From Phyllosticta citribraziliensis (taxonomy: Eukaryota), in the NCBI RefSeq assembly GCF_038025025.1, contig NW_027117338.1:1054001-1118000 (forward strand): DNA of 64,000 nucleotides, given 5' to 3'. Below the pieces are notes generated by a model that made no database searches, was not told the origin of the DNA, and worked only from the letters and a program-made list of their open reading frames with translations. Below, piece by piece: positions 23,801 to 34,574 of the stretch. The position numbers were made by a program, and so were the translations under genes. Every line of letters begins with the position of its first letter. Position 1 is the stretch's first letter.

Positions 23801-25165
23801 GCGCTCCCCTTTTTTGGCCTGTTATTATTTTCTTCCTCTGTCGATTTACAGATACCCAGTGGACGACGCTCCGAAAGACCCCATCATAGCAAGGGGATTG
23901 ATTTAGTTCCTCTTTCATACTCGCCGAACCGACCAACGTTTCCCATTTGCCACTGACTTGTTCTCATGTCTGCCATGACTTTGGCTACTAAGCCTCAGAT
24001 GGTTACCCAGTTTTTGGGTCTCTTGTGTGTGCGCCAAAAGTATGTACCACCACTTCCGCTGGCAGATTCAACAGCTAATACAACAACCAGTCTGACTATC
24101 ATCTCGCGTTCTCTGTGTCTGCCGTGTAAGTGAGCCTGACCGCCCTCACACCCCCTAAAGTCTTCGCTGCGCGTGCATGCCGTCAAAGCAGAGCGCGCAT
24201 CAACCACCCGCCTCCCCCCCTATTTTGGCGTACGCCCCGAGTGTCACGCCAGACCAGTTAAACCTGCACCAGGCACCAAAAGAGAAAGCACACGAAAAGA
24301 GGGGAAACCAGGCAGGCAGGCAGGCACAAAGAAGAAAAAAGCCGCGGCGTTCGTCGGGCCAGGATGTGGATGTGGTTGGGCAGAGTCTCCGTTCCCCGTT
24401 GGGCACGCATCGTCATTGATTGTTCTTCGGCCTTTTCGCATGACCGACGGACGGAACGACGGACGGACGGCGTCAGGTACCGACGCCCACTGTTTCTAGC
24501 CGTTGGTGGCTGGCTGGCTGGCTGGGGGGTACGCAGCAGGGATCAGCTCAGGGGGAGCGAGGGGACGGGATGGAGACGGACGGACGGAGGGTAGAAGAAG
24601 GGGTGGCGGGGAAAGGGGAGATTGCAGCGCCTGTATGCCGGCACAGATTCGATTACAGCACAGTGAGACGGATGGGGGCAGCAGTGCTTGTTCATTTGTT
24701 ATGCATTCGTGTAAATCTACGTATTTTCATTTGTCGTGTACATCTCTACTACCAGTAGTAGCAGTGTTCTTGATGATGTATATGTATCAGAGCAGAGAGA
24801 CAAGAGTGCCACAAAGCAGCAGGACCAAGTGGCCAAAAGATCTCAAGACAAGAGTGGGTATGTAGCGGTAATGATGTTGGTGCAAAAGCAGGCAGTCAGA
24901 CAATGACCGGCCCGCCAGTAGACAGTTGAGCGTGGCGCACGCAGCTCTCAGCCAGTGAGCGCCGCCGCGGCGTCAGGCGGAAAAGATTTGTAGTGGAGTG
25001 AGGTGAGTGTGATCCTTTTGGCAGTCCTGCTGTTGGTCTCTTCTTCCTGCTTCCCTCACCATTCGTTGACTGGTCGCCGGGGACACTTCCAACGAACATG
25101 GTGGCGTAAATTGGCTTTTGAACAGCTCTGAAAGATGGCGGACCATCGGCCGCCATACAATCGCT

Positions 25166-27406
25166 CTAGTTCCCCTTCCTGCCAACAACTCTCCTGAGCA
25201 GTCCTCTGACGCTCATCCGCTTCTCCTTTTCTTTTTCGTTGCCGTTCTTTCCCCGGCTCCTTCCTCTTTCGCGTTCCTCGACGGACCCGCCCTTGATTTC
25301 GCCGCGCAACTCGGTGGGCGTGCTCTGGCCACTCTCCACGTCGTCCATCTCCTCCACCGTCCCGACTCCACTCGGCTTCATGCGTTCGCGGTAGCTAGAT
25401 GGCCGCCATGTGCGCCTCGAGTCGATCTTGGACGGAGAGGCGGACTTGGAGCGGTTAAGGGAGCGATGGGAGTCCGGGTGGAGGAGGTCCTGCTGGTGCG
25501 GAGAGCGCGCCACTTGCAAGCTAGCGCGGTGGTCCTGGTGCGAGGAGCGTGGGACTTGGAGACTAGCGCGGTGGTGGTGGTGGGGAGATTTCGACGGCGG
25601 CGTCGACGGGAGGGCCGGAAAGTGTTGCGAATTGGCGCGCGGCGTCGGCTGGTCGTCCGAGTCGGACTCTGAATCGGAACCGTTGTCGTCGTCGTCGTCA
25701 TCCGAAGACGAGCTCTCATCGCCAGAAGTATATTCGCCCGAGTTTTTGTGGTCCTGAATGGAGGGGAGGATGACGTGGGCCTTGGTTAGGGTGACGCGTT
25801 TGCTTGGCGCGTGGGCCGCGTCGGCGAACAGGTCGTCTTCGGCGAGGTAGGGATTCGGCTCAGGGTCGCGCGAACAGCTACTCGCCCGCGTGGTGCGAGT
25901 TTGCTTGCGCTTGCTCGTGCTGCGGCGGAGGAACGACGCGCCAGTGGAATTAGCGCGCCGCGAGCGGTTCTGGGCCGCGTTGGCCGACGAGGTCGAGCCC
26001 GAGTCGGGCGAGCCGCCGCAGTCGCCATTGAGCGCAGAAAGGGCTTGGTTGCGGTGCAGGAGGAGACGTGAGACGGTGCGCAGATTATGAGCACTGGTGT
26101 TGCTGCGGTGCTCCGAGGCACTGGGAGAAGTGGATCGGGACGTGCTGCCGGTCATGCTGCTCATGCTGACGACACGGTTCGGCGCGCCGGAGCGCACCGG
26201 GGAGGTTGTTGGGTCGGAGAGGACGCTGTCGCGCGCGCGACAGATGCTTGGGTCATCATACTTGAAGACACTGGACCATCGCTCCCGAAAGGCGATCCAG
26301 ACGCCACTGACGAGAATGAATTTGCGCAGTGAGTCGTCCGTGATGAAGACGGGGCGAGGGCTGTCCGGATAGGCTGGTTCGGTTATATCACTTGCATCGG
26401 GAGATGGAGCCGGCGAGGAAAGAGTTGGCGATGGCATCGAATATTGGTCCCACACGTCGATGCTGGCGCGTGTCATTGATGCGATGACGGGATGACGTCT
26501 GGTGTCCGGGCTGATGGTGCTAAAGTTGAACTTGCGGTCGTCGAGGGAGGGGGGTTGCGACATTGTCGTCATGGTCGAGGCGCGCTTTTGTCCCAGGGGT
26601 TTCGAAACCCAGCGCCTCTTAGTCTGCAGACCATGGCTGTCGGTCGACATGAAGTCGTAGCCTCCGTTGGGCATTTGCGACGTGGACCAGATGGTGTTGT
26701 CGTCCATGCAGATTTCGGTACGATCTTCTTTGGCATTGTAGCAGACGACAGCAATGACGTCGCGGTTCTCCAGCTTTTCCTCTTCTCCGTCCCGGCGATC
26801 AACGCCATAGGTCTCAGCCTTGACAATGAGGAAGTCGTCCGGTCCCAGCTTGTTCCTGAGCTCGAACAACCTTTGAAACTTCTTTTTCAGTCTAGGCGCC
26901 AACTTGGTCGAGGGGATGGCCTCGTATGCGGGTCGTGGGCGGGAGTTGGCTGATGATTGGTGCAGCTGGAGCAAGACCCTTGGCCGCAAAAAGTGACCGA
27001 CGCGGGGAGGTGGGTGGGCGAGGGCAAAGCTCGTCTTTGGTCGCAGAGACCTGTTGCGCAAACGACCTTCTGTGGACGTGGTGGCGGTGCTGCGAAGAGA
27101 CGGCGGGCGCGACTGCTCCATGTCCTGTGGTTGCATGGCAAAGGTGATGGATCGCTGCGGCTTGGAGGGCGGCAGCGGGGCGGATGATTGGCGGCGGTGA
27201 GGAGGAGGATAGGTTTCGGAGGTGAGGCTCTTTCTCTCATACAAAGGAGTGGGCTGAGGCCTTTGCGGGCGGACAGAGGAAGAGAAGACGTTTAGCGGGG
27301 AGCGGGGAGGAGCGGATTGTCGTGAAGATTGCGTAGGAGCGCGCGGCGCGGAGAACTCGTGGCCATGCTGGGCGGCAGCGTCGGCCGTCAGCATGGATAA
27401 AAACAT
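25166..27406 (-). CDS. Hypothetical Ser/Pro/Arg-rich protein with a central ordered domain; start uncertain (27406 or 27136)
   Basis: 746-codon ORF. Ordered core PKTSFALAHPPP...PRVLLQLHQ...KFNFSTISPDTRRHPVIASM...ILVSGVWIAFREW. Acidic tract and a 14-aa tandem repeat (HRASLQV.RS) near the C-terminus. Confidence 0.8.
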   Translation of the reverse strand: MFLSMLTADAAAQHGHEFSAPRAPTQSSRQSAPPRSPLNVFSSSVRPQRPQPTPLYERKSLTSETYPPPHRRQSSAPLPPSKPQRSITFAMQPQDMEQSRPPSLRSTATTSTEGRLRNRSLRPKTSFALAHPPPRVGHFLRPRVLLQLHQSSANSRPRPAYEAIPSTKLAPRLKKKFQRLFELRNKLGPDDFLIVKAETYGVDRRDGEEEKLENRDVIAVVCYNAKEDRTEICMDDNTIWSTSQMPNGGYDFMSTDSHGLQTKRRWVSKPLGQKRASTMTTMSQPPSLDDRKFNFSTISPDTRRHPVIASMTRASIDVWDQYSMPSPTLSSPAPSPDASDITEPAYPDSPRPVFITDDSLRKFILVSGVWIAFRERWSSVFKYDDPSICRARDSVLSDPTTSPVRSGAPNRVVSMSSMTGSTSRSTSPSASEHRSNTSAHNLRTVSRLLLHRNQALSALNGDCGGSPDSGSTSSANAAQNRSRRANSTGASFLRRSTSKRKQTRTTRASSCSRDPEPNPYLAEDDLFADAAHAPSKRVTLTKAHVILPSIQDHKNSGEYTSGDESSSSDDDDDDNGSDSESDSDDQPTPRANSQHFPALPSTPPSKSPHHHHRASLQVPRSSHQDHRASLQVARSPHQQDLLHPDSHRSLNRSKSASPSKIDSRRTWRPSSYRERMKPSGVGTVEEMDDVESGQSTPTELRGEIKGGSVEERERGRSRGKNGNEKEKEKRMSVRGLLRRVVGRKGN

Positions 27407-28350
27407 GTTGATGATGATGGTGGGTGTTGGTGAGGTGGAGCTCAGCCAGGCAACAGTCTTGTCGACAGTGGGGCAGGCGGCTGAGGAGTGATTTGGGGCA
27501 TGTCCTGGGGGACGGCGTACCGAGAGGGGGTGTAGAGAGTAGGAGGAGGAGAAGGAGGAGCGCGGAGAAGAGGAGTAATGCGGAGAGGAGCAGCAAGGGC
27601 GAAGGTTATGCTTGAGTTTAGTTCAAGTCGAGTAGTTTTGCAACACTCGATGTGACCAGGCGGGTCCTGCAGATCATGCAACAGGGGTCAGCTTCTGGAA
27701 GAGCAGGGACCTCCAGGCGTCGGCTTGTTCGGGGGGCTGCGCCACCAGACGCTTTGGGGAGGGGAGGGAGCTGATGAGAGACGGGTGCCAGGCGTGCTGA
27801 TGGGGGCTACTGACGAGGTAAAAATAATGCGCGAAGGGGACAGGGCTGAGCGGAAATCGACGGGACGGATTTTTTTCATCTTCCACGTCCAGACGGACTG
27901 GCGGCGGACGAGCAGCGCGAGATGAAGTGGCCAACCGTAGCCGGGCGAGGGCTAGTTCCGAGTTCCGCCCTCTCTCTGATGTGCCTCTGCTGTTCTTTGA
28001 ATACAACCACACAGGCTGGCTAAGTGGACCGTGGTTGATAGGTATTTTTTATTTGGTCAGCCGAAAGCGCGTCAGGATTCCTGTGCGCCGTGTGGTGTCG
28101 TGTCGTGTCGGCTGCAGCTTGACAGAGATGCATGGCGGAAAAAGAGAAGACACTCTAACCAAGTCATGGTCGTCGTCGCCTCGGGTTCGGAAACGATTCG
28201 TCCCTCAGGCTCGACTCCTCGACTACCTCGTCTTCGTACTCGTCCGACCGACCGCCATGCTCGCCACGTGATGACGCATGGGGTCCGCCGTGCTGGGTTC
28301 CCCGTTGACAGTCGTCAAGCCTCCAAATTCTCATCCTTTTTCCTCATCCA

Positions 28351-28351
28351 G

Positions 28352-28388
<37 letters not shown>

Positions 28389-28402
28389 CAGCCAGCCAGC
28401 CA
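28351..28402 (+). repeat. (GCCAGA)6 hexamer grading into (GCCA)n, just upstream of the GPI18 start
   Basis: Seen directly. Confidence 0.9.
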
Positions 28403-28416
28403 CCCTCCGCCGAATA

Positions 28417-29967
28417 ATGGCCCTGTCGCTCGAGAGCCCAACTCGTCGGCCCCTTGACCATCCCGTCAGAGCCCTCCTGCTCCTAATTGTGTCATGGAAA
28501 ATCCTTCTGCTGTCAATCGCTTTCCTTAGCCCCGGCCCTGGCTACGATTCGTCCTCTGCTCTGCTCCTCCACCACCCACTGGCCCTGCGCCTCACTCGCT
28601 GGGACGCCGTCTACTTTGCTTCATCCGCCGAGCGCAATCATCTCTACGAGCAAGAGTGGGCCTTTAGCTGGCTGCTGTCGAGACTCATCTCCATCACCGC
28701 CAATTGTAAGACGACCATGCGCCTTGTCCCGCCCCCGTGCCCGTGGCTCCACATGCTGACTTCCGTACCCAAGCCTTGCCTCTGTCCGCGGAGCCTCTAG
28801 CAGCTAATGTCTGGGCCGCCACCATCATCGCAAATGCCTCGCATCTACTCTCCGTTCTCGCCCTCTACCACCTCATGCGCCGTCTCTTCCCCACCTCTCC
28901 CAACATCCCCTTCCTGACCGCTGCTCTGCATGTGCTCTCTCCCGCCGGCCTCTTCCTGGCTGCCCCATACGGCGAGGCTCCATTCTCGCTGCTCAACTTC
29001 CTCGGCCTGCTAAGCTTCTGTCATGCCCGTCAGCTCAACGGCACCCACCCCGTCACCTACCTTTGGTGCATGCTGACCACCGGCCTCTGCTTTGGCCTCG
29101 CCACCGCTGTCCGTTCCAACGGTCTGCTGAACGGTTTGATTCTGCTTTATGACGCTCCTGAAATTCTCCATGGCTTGCTCTCCTCCCCACACAAAACACC
29201 ATGTCTCCGCAGCCTAGCCGCTTATGCACTGGCCGGCGTTTTGACCGCCTCAGGGCTTATCGTTCCCCAGTGGATTGCCTATCAACACTACTGCACTGCG
29301 GTAAGTCCCCATGCAACCATCCTAGTCTCCCGCTCTTGAGCGCTCATGACGACCAGGAAACGCCTAGGCCTTGGTGCAACAAGTCGCTACCAAGCATCTA
29401 CACCTTTGTGCAGCACCACTACTGGTAACCCAACCCAAAAACCCCACCTCTCCCGACATGCTCCTTCTCCTAACCCCTATGCCAGGAATGTCGGCTTCTT
29501 GCGCTACTGGACGCTATCCAACGTCCCTCTGTTCCTCCTCGCTGCGCCGTCTCTTTTTTTGTTGATCAGCGCGGGGCTCCGAGTCATGCAGCGGTAACGT
29601 CAATCAGGAACCTGGTGACCACCCCGGCAAGCCACTGATCAATCGCAGAACGCGCCCTTCGGAACTTGCTTCTTCCGAGCCTTCGACACAACAACTTTTT
29701 ACCCGCCGATTCCTGATCCAAATGGCCCTGCCGCAATTGGCTCTTGCTTTGCTGGCCTTGACCAACTTCCACGTCCAGATCATCAACCGCATCTCGTCCG
29801 GCTACCCCCTGTGGTACCTGGCCGTCGCCGCCGGCCTGGACGGAGCCGCTCCGTTGCAGCATCTCGCCATTGCAGGGAAACGCACATCCGCGTCGATCCT
29901 ACGACTGATGGTCATGTACGCAACGATCCAGGGTGCGCTGTTTGCAAGCTTCTTGCCGCCGGCTTGA
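28417..29967 (+). CDS. GPI18: GPI mannosyltransferase II (Gpi18/PIG-V); 5 exons
   Basis: Motifs LTRWDAVYF, YEQEWAF, SPAGLFL.APYGE, VRSNG, PSIYTFVQHHYW-NVGFLRYW, HVQIINRISSGYP. The apparent stop at 29595 lies in intron 29594-29648, whose removal restores the frame. Confidence 0.93.
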
Positions 29968-31226
29968 GCACCCAAATCGCCCCGTGCGGTTGACATGACT
30001 CTGAAGCCGATCCGCGGACGAGAACCTGGCTCGGCGGCGTGGGCGGCTCCACACCGTCGCCGGCAGTATCCGACGGCCCTTCGGGCTTCCGCCGCCATTT
30101 TGTCCGTCGTCCGCCCTCCCGACTTATTACATACACAGTGACCGACCAGCGATTGATATCGAACGACCATTGTTTATCAATCTCGTGTGTGATGCAAACA
30201 TATGTGCATTCCTTCAAGGGGTACAGATGCGCCCAAAGCAAGGGTCATGAGCTTCGGCTTCGTATAATCGCTGAACGATTACTATGCGAGTTCGGCTTCG
30301 GTCTCGGACGGACACTAGCAGTTGTTCTCGAAAGGCAGAAATACCGCGAAGGCTGCCATGACAATATACTTTCCACATCACGCATTTATTTTTGAATCGC
30401 CGCATCGTTCGTTCGAAATTGCCGCAGCCTGTCAAGCGCGTTACGCAACACCCGCACCTGCTGCCTGCAAGGCTTGCATCAAAGTTGTGCGACAGTTGAT
30501 AACGTAGCTCCTGACAGGCACTTCTAACTGTGGATTGTTGACTGTGGAGACCTCTGCTTCTCTCAGGAATTCAAATCGGCCGGACGTGGCTGGGCTGCCA
30601 CGCGCAGTACATTCCTCGGTTAACCCGCCATGTGCGATCGACGACTTGGACATCTTCTCCATGGTCGTTGCGACGTATGTTTGTCGTTTCAAACTTTTGG
30701 TCGAGACGCGGTACCACCCCTCACCCTCTCGTGGTGTCTCATATGGTTGTACACGACTTTGGGCTGTCACTATGCAGATGAGCTTGGCGAATCGGGGCCA
30801 CACTGAAGACGAACAGCCGATTCCGTGACAAACACCTCTGCCCATCAACTGCGAATACTGCCCAGCTTTCTCCATCAGGACCATCCCTTAACTCGCAAAG
30901 CGCTCCTATCTTGCGGATTTTGACTTTGGACTCTTGCCGCATCGGTCGAGCTTCCAGACTTTTGGACATGCCCTGCAAGGACGTCTCTCAACGCTCCCAG
31001 CCAGGTGGGATTGGTTAATGAGAGAAAAAAGTCTGCCTCACCGCTGTGGCCTCCCGTATTGGATCATGGGCAAATCAAGGTCATCAGCTTGTATGACCGT
31101 CTGCAAAGGTAGCCATGGACTCTTGGTTATAAGATGGACTTGTCCAGGTCAGGTTGGAGTTCTGTGTCCGACCACGACGTCTCTCTTTGACCCCAGTCTC
31201 TATTCCACTCTCTTTAATATAAAATC

Positions 31227-33968
31227 ATGAGACGCCATATTTTTGTACTGTTTAATGTCTTTCACCATGGCTTCGCTCTCGAGCCACGTCAAGCGCGGAG
31301 TGCCAGTTGCGAAGACCAAGATTTCTGCGCCCTCATGGTTAGCGACAGTCCTTCAGCCGCCGTATCAAGCGATTGCTCCAGCTTCATGACGGACACAACC
31401 ACTCTGGCCCCCATGTACGAATTCCCTTTGGGTGCTTGAGATTTGATGCTGACATTGGCCTCAGCACAGAAACCACAGTTGTGACCACGACCATCACTCC
31501 CTCACCTGTCGAGGCTTTGCTCCGGCAGCAGTATGCTGCAGAAAATGGTCGCGAGCCAGCTCAAGGAGACGACGTTCCCATGTATGCTTGGCCATGCGAT
31601 GTGGACCGTTATGCCGAAGTCTGCTCCTGTTTGGGGTTTCCCGCCACGACCATCACTGAGCTTGCTTGGGTCAGTCTCTCCAAATTCGTTTGCGGCGTTC
31701 GCATCTAACCAAATGATCCAGACTGCCATTGAGACTTTGACCTTGACAAAGACCCAGACACTGAGCGGCTCTCCCGTCTTTCCAAATGTGACCAGATCCC
31801 TTGCTTCGTCGTGGCAGGTGAGCATTGGAACAGGAGCCTCAAACACGGCTACCGCTTCGGGCATCTCATCTGTCTTGTCTTCCTCGCCTTCATCAAATCA
31901 ACGTCCTTCTTATGCGCCTCCGCCTCTCACTACTAGTGCAACAAGCGCCACTTCCAGCAGCTCCTGGCTGAGCATTGGGAGCAGTCGTCCCTCCTTGACG
32001 CCTTCAATATCGAGGCCTAATAATACCGGTTCCAGCTCCCTTGGGAGCAACAGTACCCTCGCGCCCTCCGGGTCGAGTCCTAATAACACCCGTCCCACTT
32101 CATTCTCTTCTTCGGAGATTCCGACTTCGACCCTCGAAATCAATGTGACGAGCACCAAGTTTTCCACGTTGATCCTTAGCACTGGACCCCCAGATTGCCA
32201 CACTCATTCAAAAAACCACACATTCTCTTCCTCCACTATGGGAAATTTTTCATCCAAGAGCCATCCATGGTGGCAAAGTGGAGTTTCGTCGAGTGCACAG
32301 TCCGGCGTCTCTCCTAGTCCTTCTCTCAATGTCACGGCCCCTTTGACAAGGACGACTACACCAACTTTGTCCTTCGCTTTCCCGTCCTCCAACTGGAACT
32401 TTTCAGACACATCTAGCTTAACTTCTGTTCCAAATACCCTTCCACTTACCCTCAATCTGACGACAACGTTTGAGATTACCATTAATATCTCTGCGACTGG
32501 TCCACTCCCAAGCAGCTCTACTGGATTCCAAGTCATCACGATAACAGAAAGCGTCTTGACTAAGACCGCCACCCTCACGGCGACTCGAACACCCAGCACT
32601 GGCGTCAATGCGAGCTCGTCTCCGCTGTCGGACGCAGACCGCACTGGCACTGCAAGCAACACCACTGCTGCTGCCGCATCGTCAACCCCGGTTGTCATCC
32701 CTCCCTTCGCCAATTCAACGTACAACTATTTTCCGACGGCTGTGCCAATCACGACGCAGACTCCGGCAGTCTCGTCAAATATCAGCGGGGTCAACTCAAC
32801 GACCCCAACCGCCAGAAACGCAACATCCAGCGGTTTTCCGACCTCTTTGCCCCTTCTCAACATAACGACATCTTTGTCGGCTCCCACAAGCAATGCGACC
32901 AGAGTACCCTTGACGGGGACTGCGCCCACTCTTTTGCCGAATTCGACGCTTGCAACCCCATCGCCATTGTCCAACTTTACAACACCTCTTCTCACTCTTT
33001 CTGCGAACGCGACATCTGCCCCACTCTCTGGCATCTCACCAACACCCTCGTTCAACTCAACATTGGTCATTCCTCTGCCCGTCGCCAACATCACTTCCAC
33101 GCCCCCTTTAATCAACGTGACGAGTATCTATTTTTCCGGAACCCAACCGACACCCTCGCTCAACTCGACGCCAATCATTCTGTCCTCGACTTATCCACAC
33201 ATCTTTACGCCAACGGCCTCATCCTTCCCTTCCGTCTCGGCAAACAGCAGCAGCAGCATTGCTCCAACCGCAACGCCAACGTCGTCTCTCTACTCATCCG
33301 CTTCGCCAAACACCACGACAACCGCAAACTCAACAACGGCATCCACATCCGGCGGCAGCACCACAAGCTCGTCTCCTTCAACGCTGACTCTTTCCTACAC
33401 ATCAAACCCCATCCCCACCTCGTTCAACACCACGACTCTCACCTCCTCCTCCTCCTCCTCCTCCTCTTCCACGTCCACCTCAACGGCACCCTCCTTCGTA
33501 CCCACGCCGCCCTCTCTCTACTGCCCCACGACGTCTTCCTGCCGACACTACACACCGTGCAACACATCCCCAGGGTCGACAAACTGCATCTGCGCGTCAG
33601 CCGCCAACGGGACCGGCTTCTGCCTCGACAGCGACATTTCGTGCGTCGGTCTGAGCACGTGCTCCCGCGACGCCGACTGCGTAGGCGGCGGCAGCAAAAA
33701 GGGCGGAACGGCAGTGGGCGAGTGGGTCTGTGCCGTCGGGACTTGCTGCGACAGTCCGAATGTGTGCGTGCGGGCCGACATTTGCGGTGCAGCAGGAGGA
33801 AATGCCGGTGCGCGTGTGGCAAGGGGGATGGATGTTGATGTCAGCGTGAAGGGGCTCAAGGGGAGGGGTTTTTCGAGGGGTCATGGGCTTGGTGTGGGAT
33901 GGTGGGGTGGTGAGGGCGGCACGGTGGGTGGCGGGTTTGTCGCCAATGCTGCCGCTGCTGGCTTTTAG
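31227..33968 (+). CDS. Secreted Ser/Thr-rich mucin-like glycoprotein with Cys motifs at both ends; introns about 31415-31464 and 31670-31721
   Basis: Signal-like N-terminus; VPMYAWPC...YAEVCSCLG motif; several hundred residues of S/T/P with many N-x-S/T sites; C-terminal Cys-rich module (CICAS...GFC...C..DADC...WVC...TCC....VC). Confidence 0.8.
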
Positions 33969-34520
33969 GGGTAGGATGCTGTTGAGGATGGTGGACGGGT
34001 GTTGAGACGAGAATGGCTACCTATCTTTAATCGTAATGCTTTTGTCTTCTCTTCAAGCCTCCTCTCCCGGTTTGGAAAATCCATGATGAGTTGGAACCTG
34101 ACAAGTTGTTTTGCGACGCCATCAAATGATCAGAGCCAACTGCCTCTTCTCTGTTCGACCTTGCCGCAAAGGCCTTCGGAGATAAACCGGTCACTCGTGA
34201 TGCTGAACATAATTCCAGTCGGTAGCGAGGTCCGAGCGTATACGCTGCCGATTGGAATGACGTCTTTGATTGCGGGGGAGGGGAACAGAGCTCCCGCCCA
34301 CCGGCCCCAAAAGTAGACGCCGAGGACAACACCTGCGCGTCCGCCATTCGTCTCCCTCCTTACTTTTTGAACTCGGCAAACGTCCAAGGCAAAAGGGCAT
34401 TGAGGCTGAACTCTTACTGCGGAAGCTTCTTATTGACACACACCCAGAGCCACTTTCTCCTGCACGAGTCTTTTTGTGTTGCTTGATCGCGTTACCCTTG
34501 TTAGAGCTTCATCGCGCGTT

Positions 34521-34543
34521 TGCTTGCTTGCTTGCTTGCTTGC
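34521..34543 (+). repeat. (GCTT)n microsatellite in the CoA-transferase 5' leader
   Basis: tgcttgcttgcttgcttgcttgct seen directly. Confidence 0.85.
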
Positions 34544-34574
34544 TCGTCCGTCGCCTCCACAGTCCACAGCAGCC

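Noticed and set aside
29595..29597. Premature stop in GPI18
   Set aside because: It falls inside a plausible 55-nt intron (29594-29648) whose removal restores the frame.
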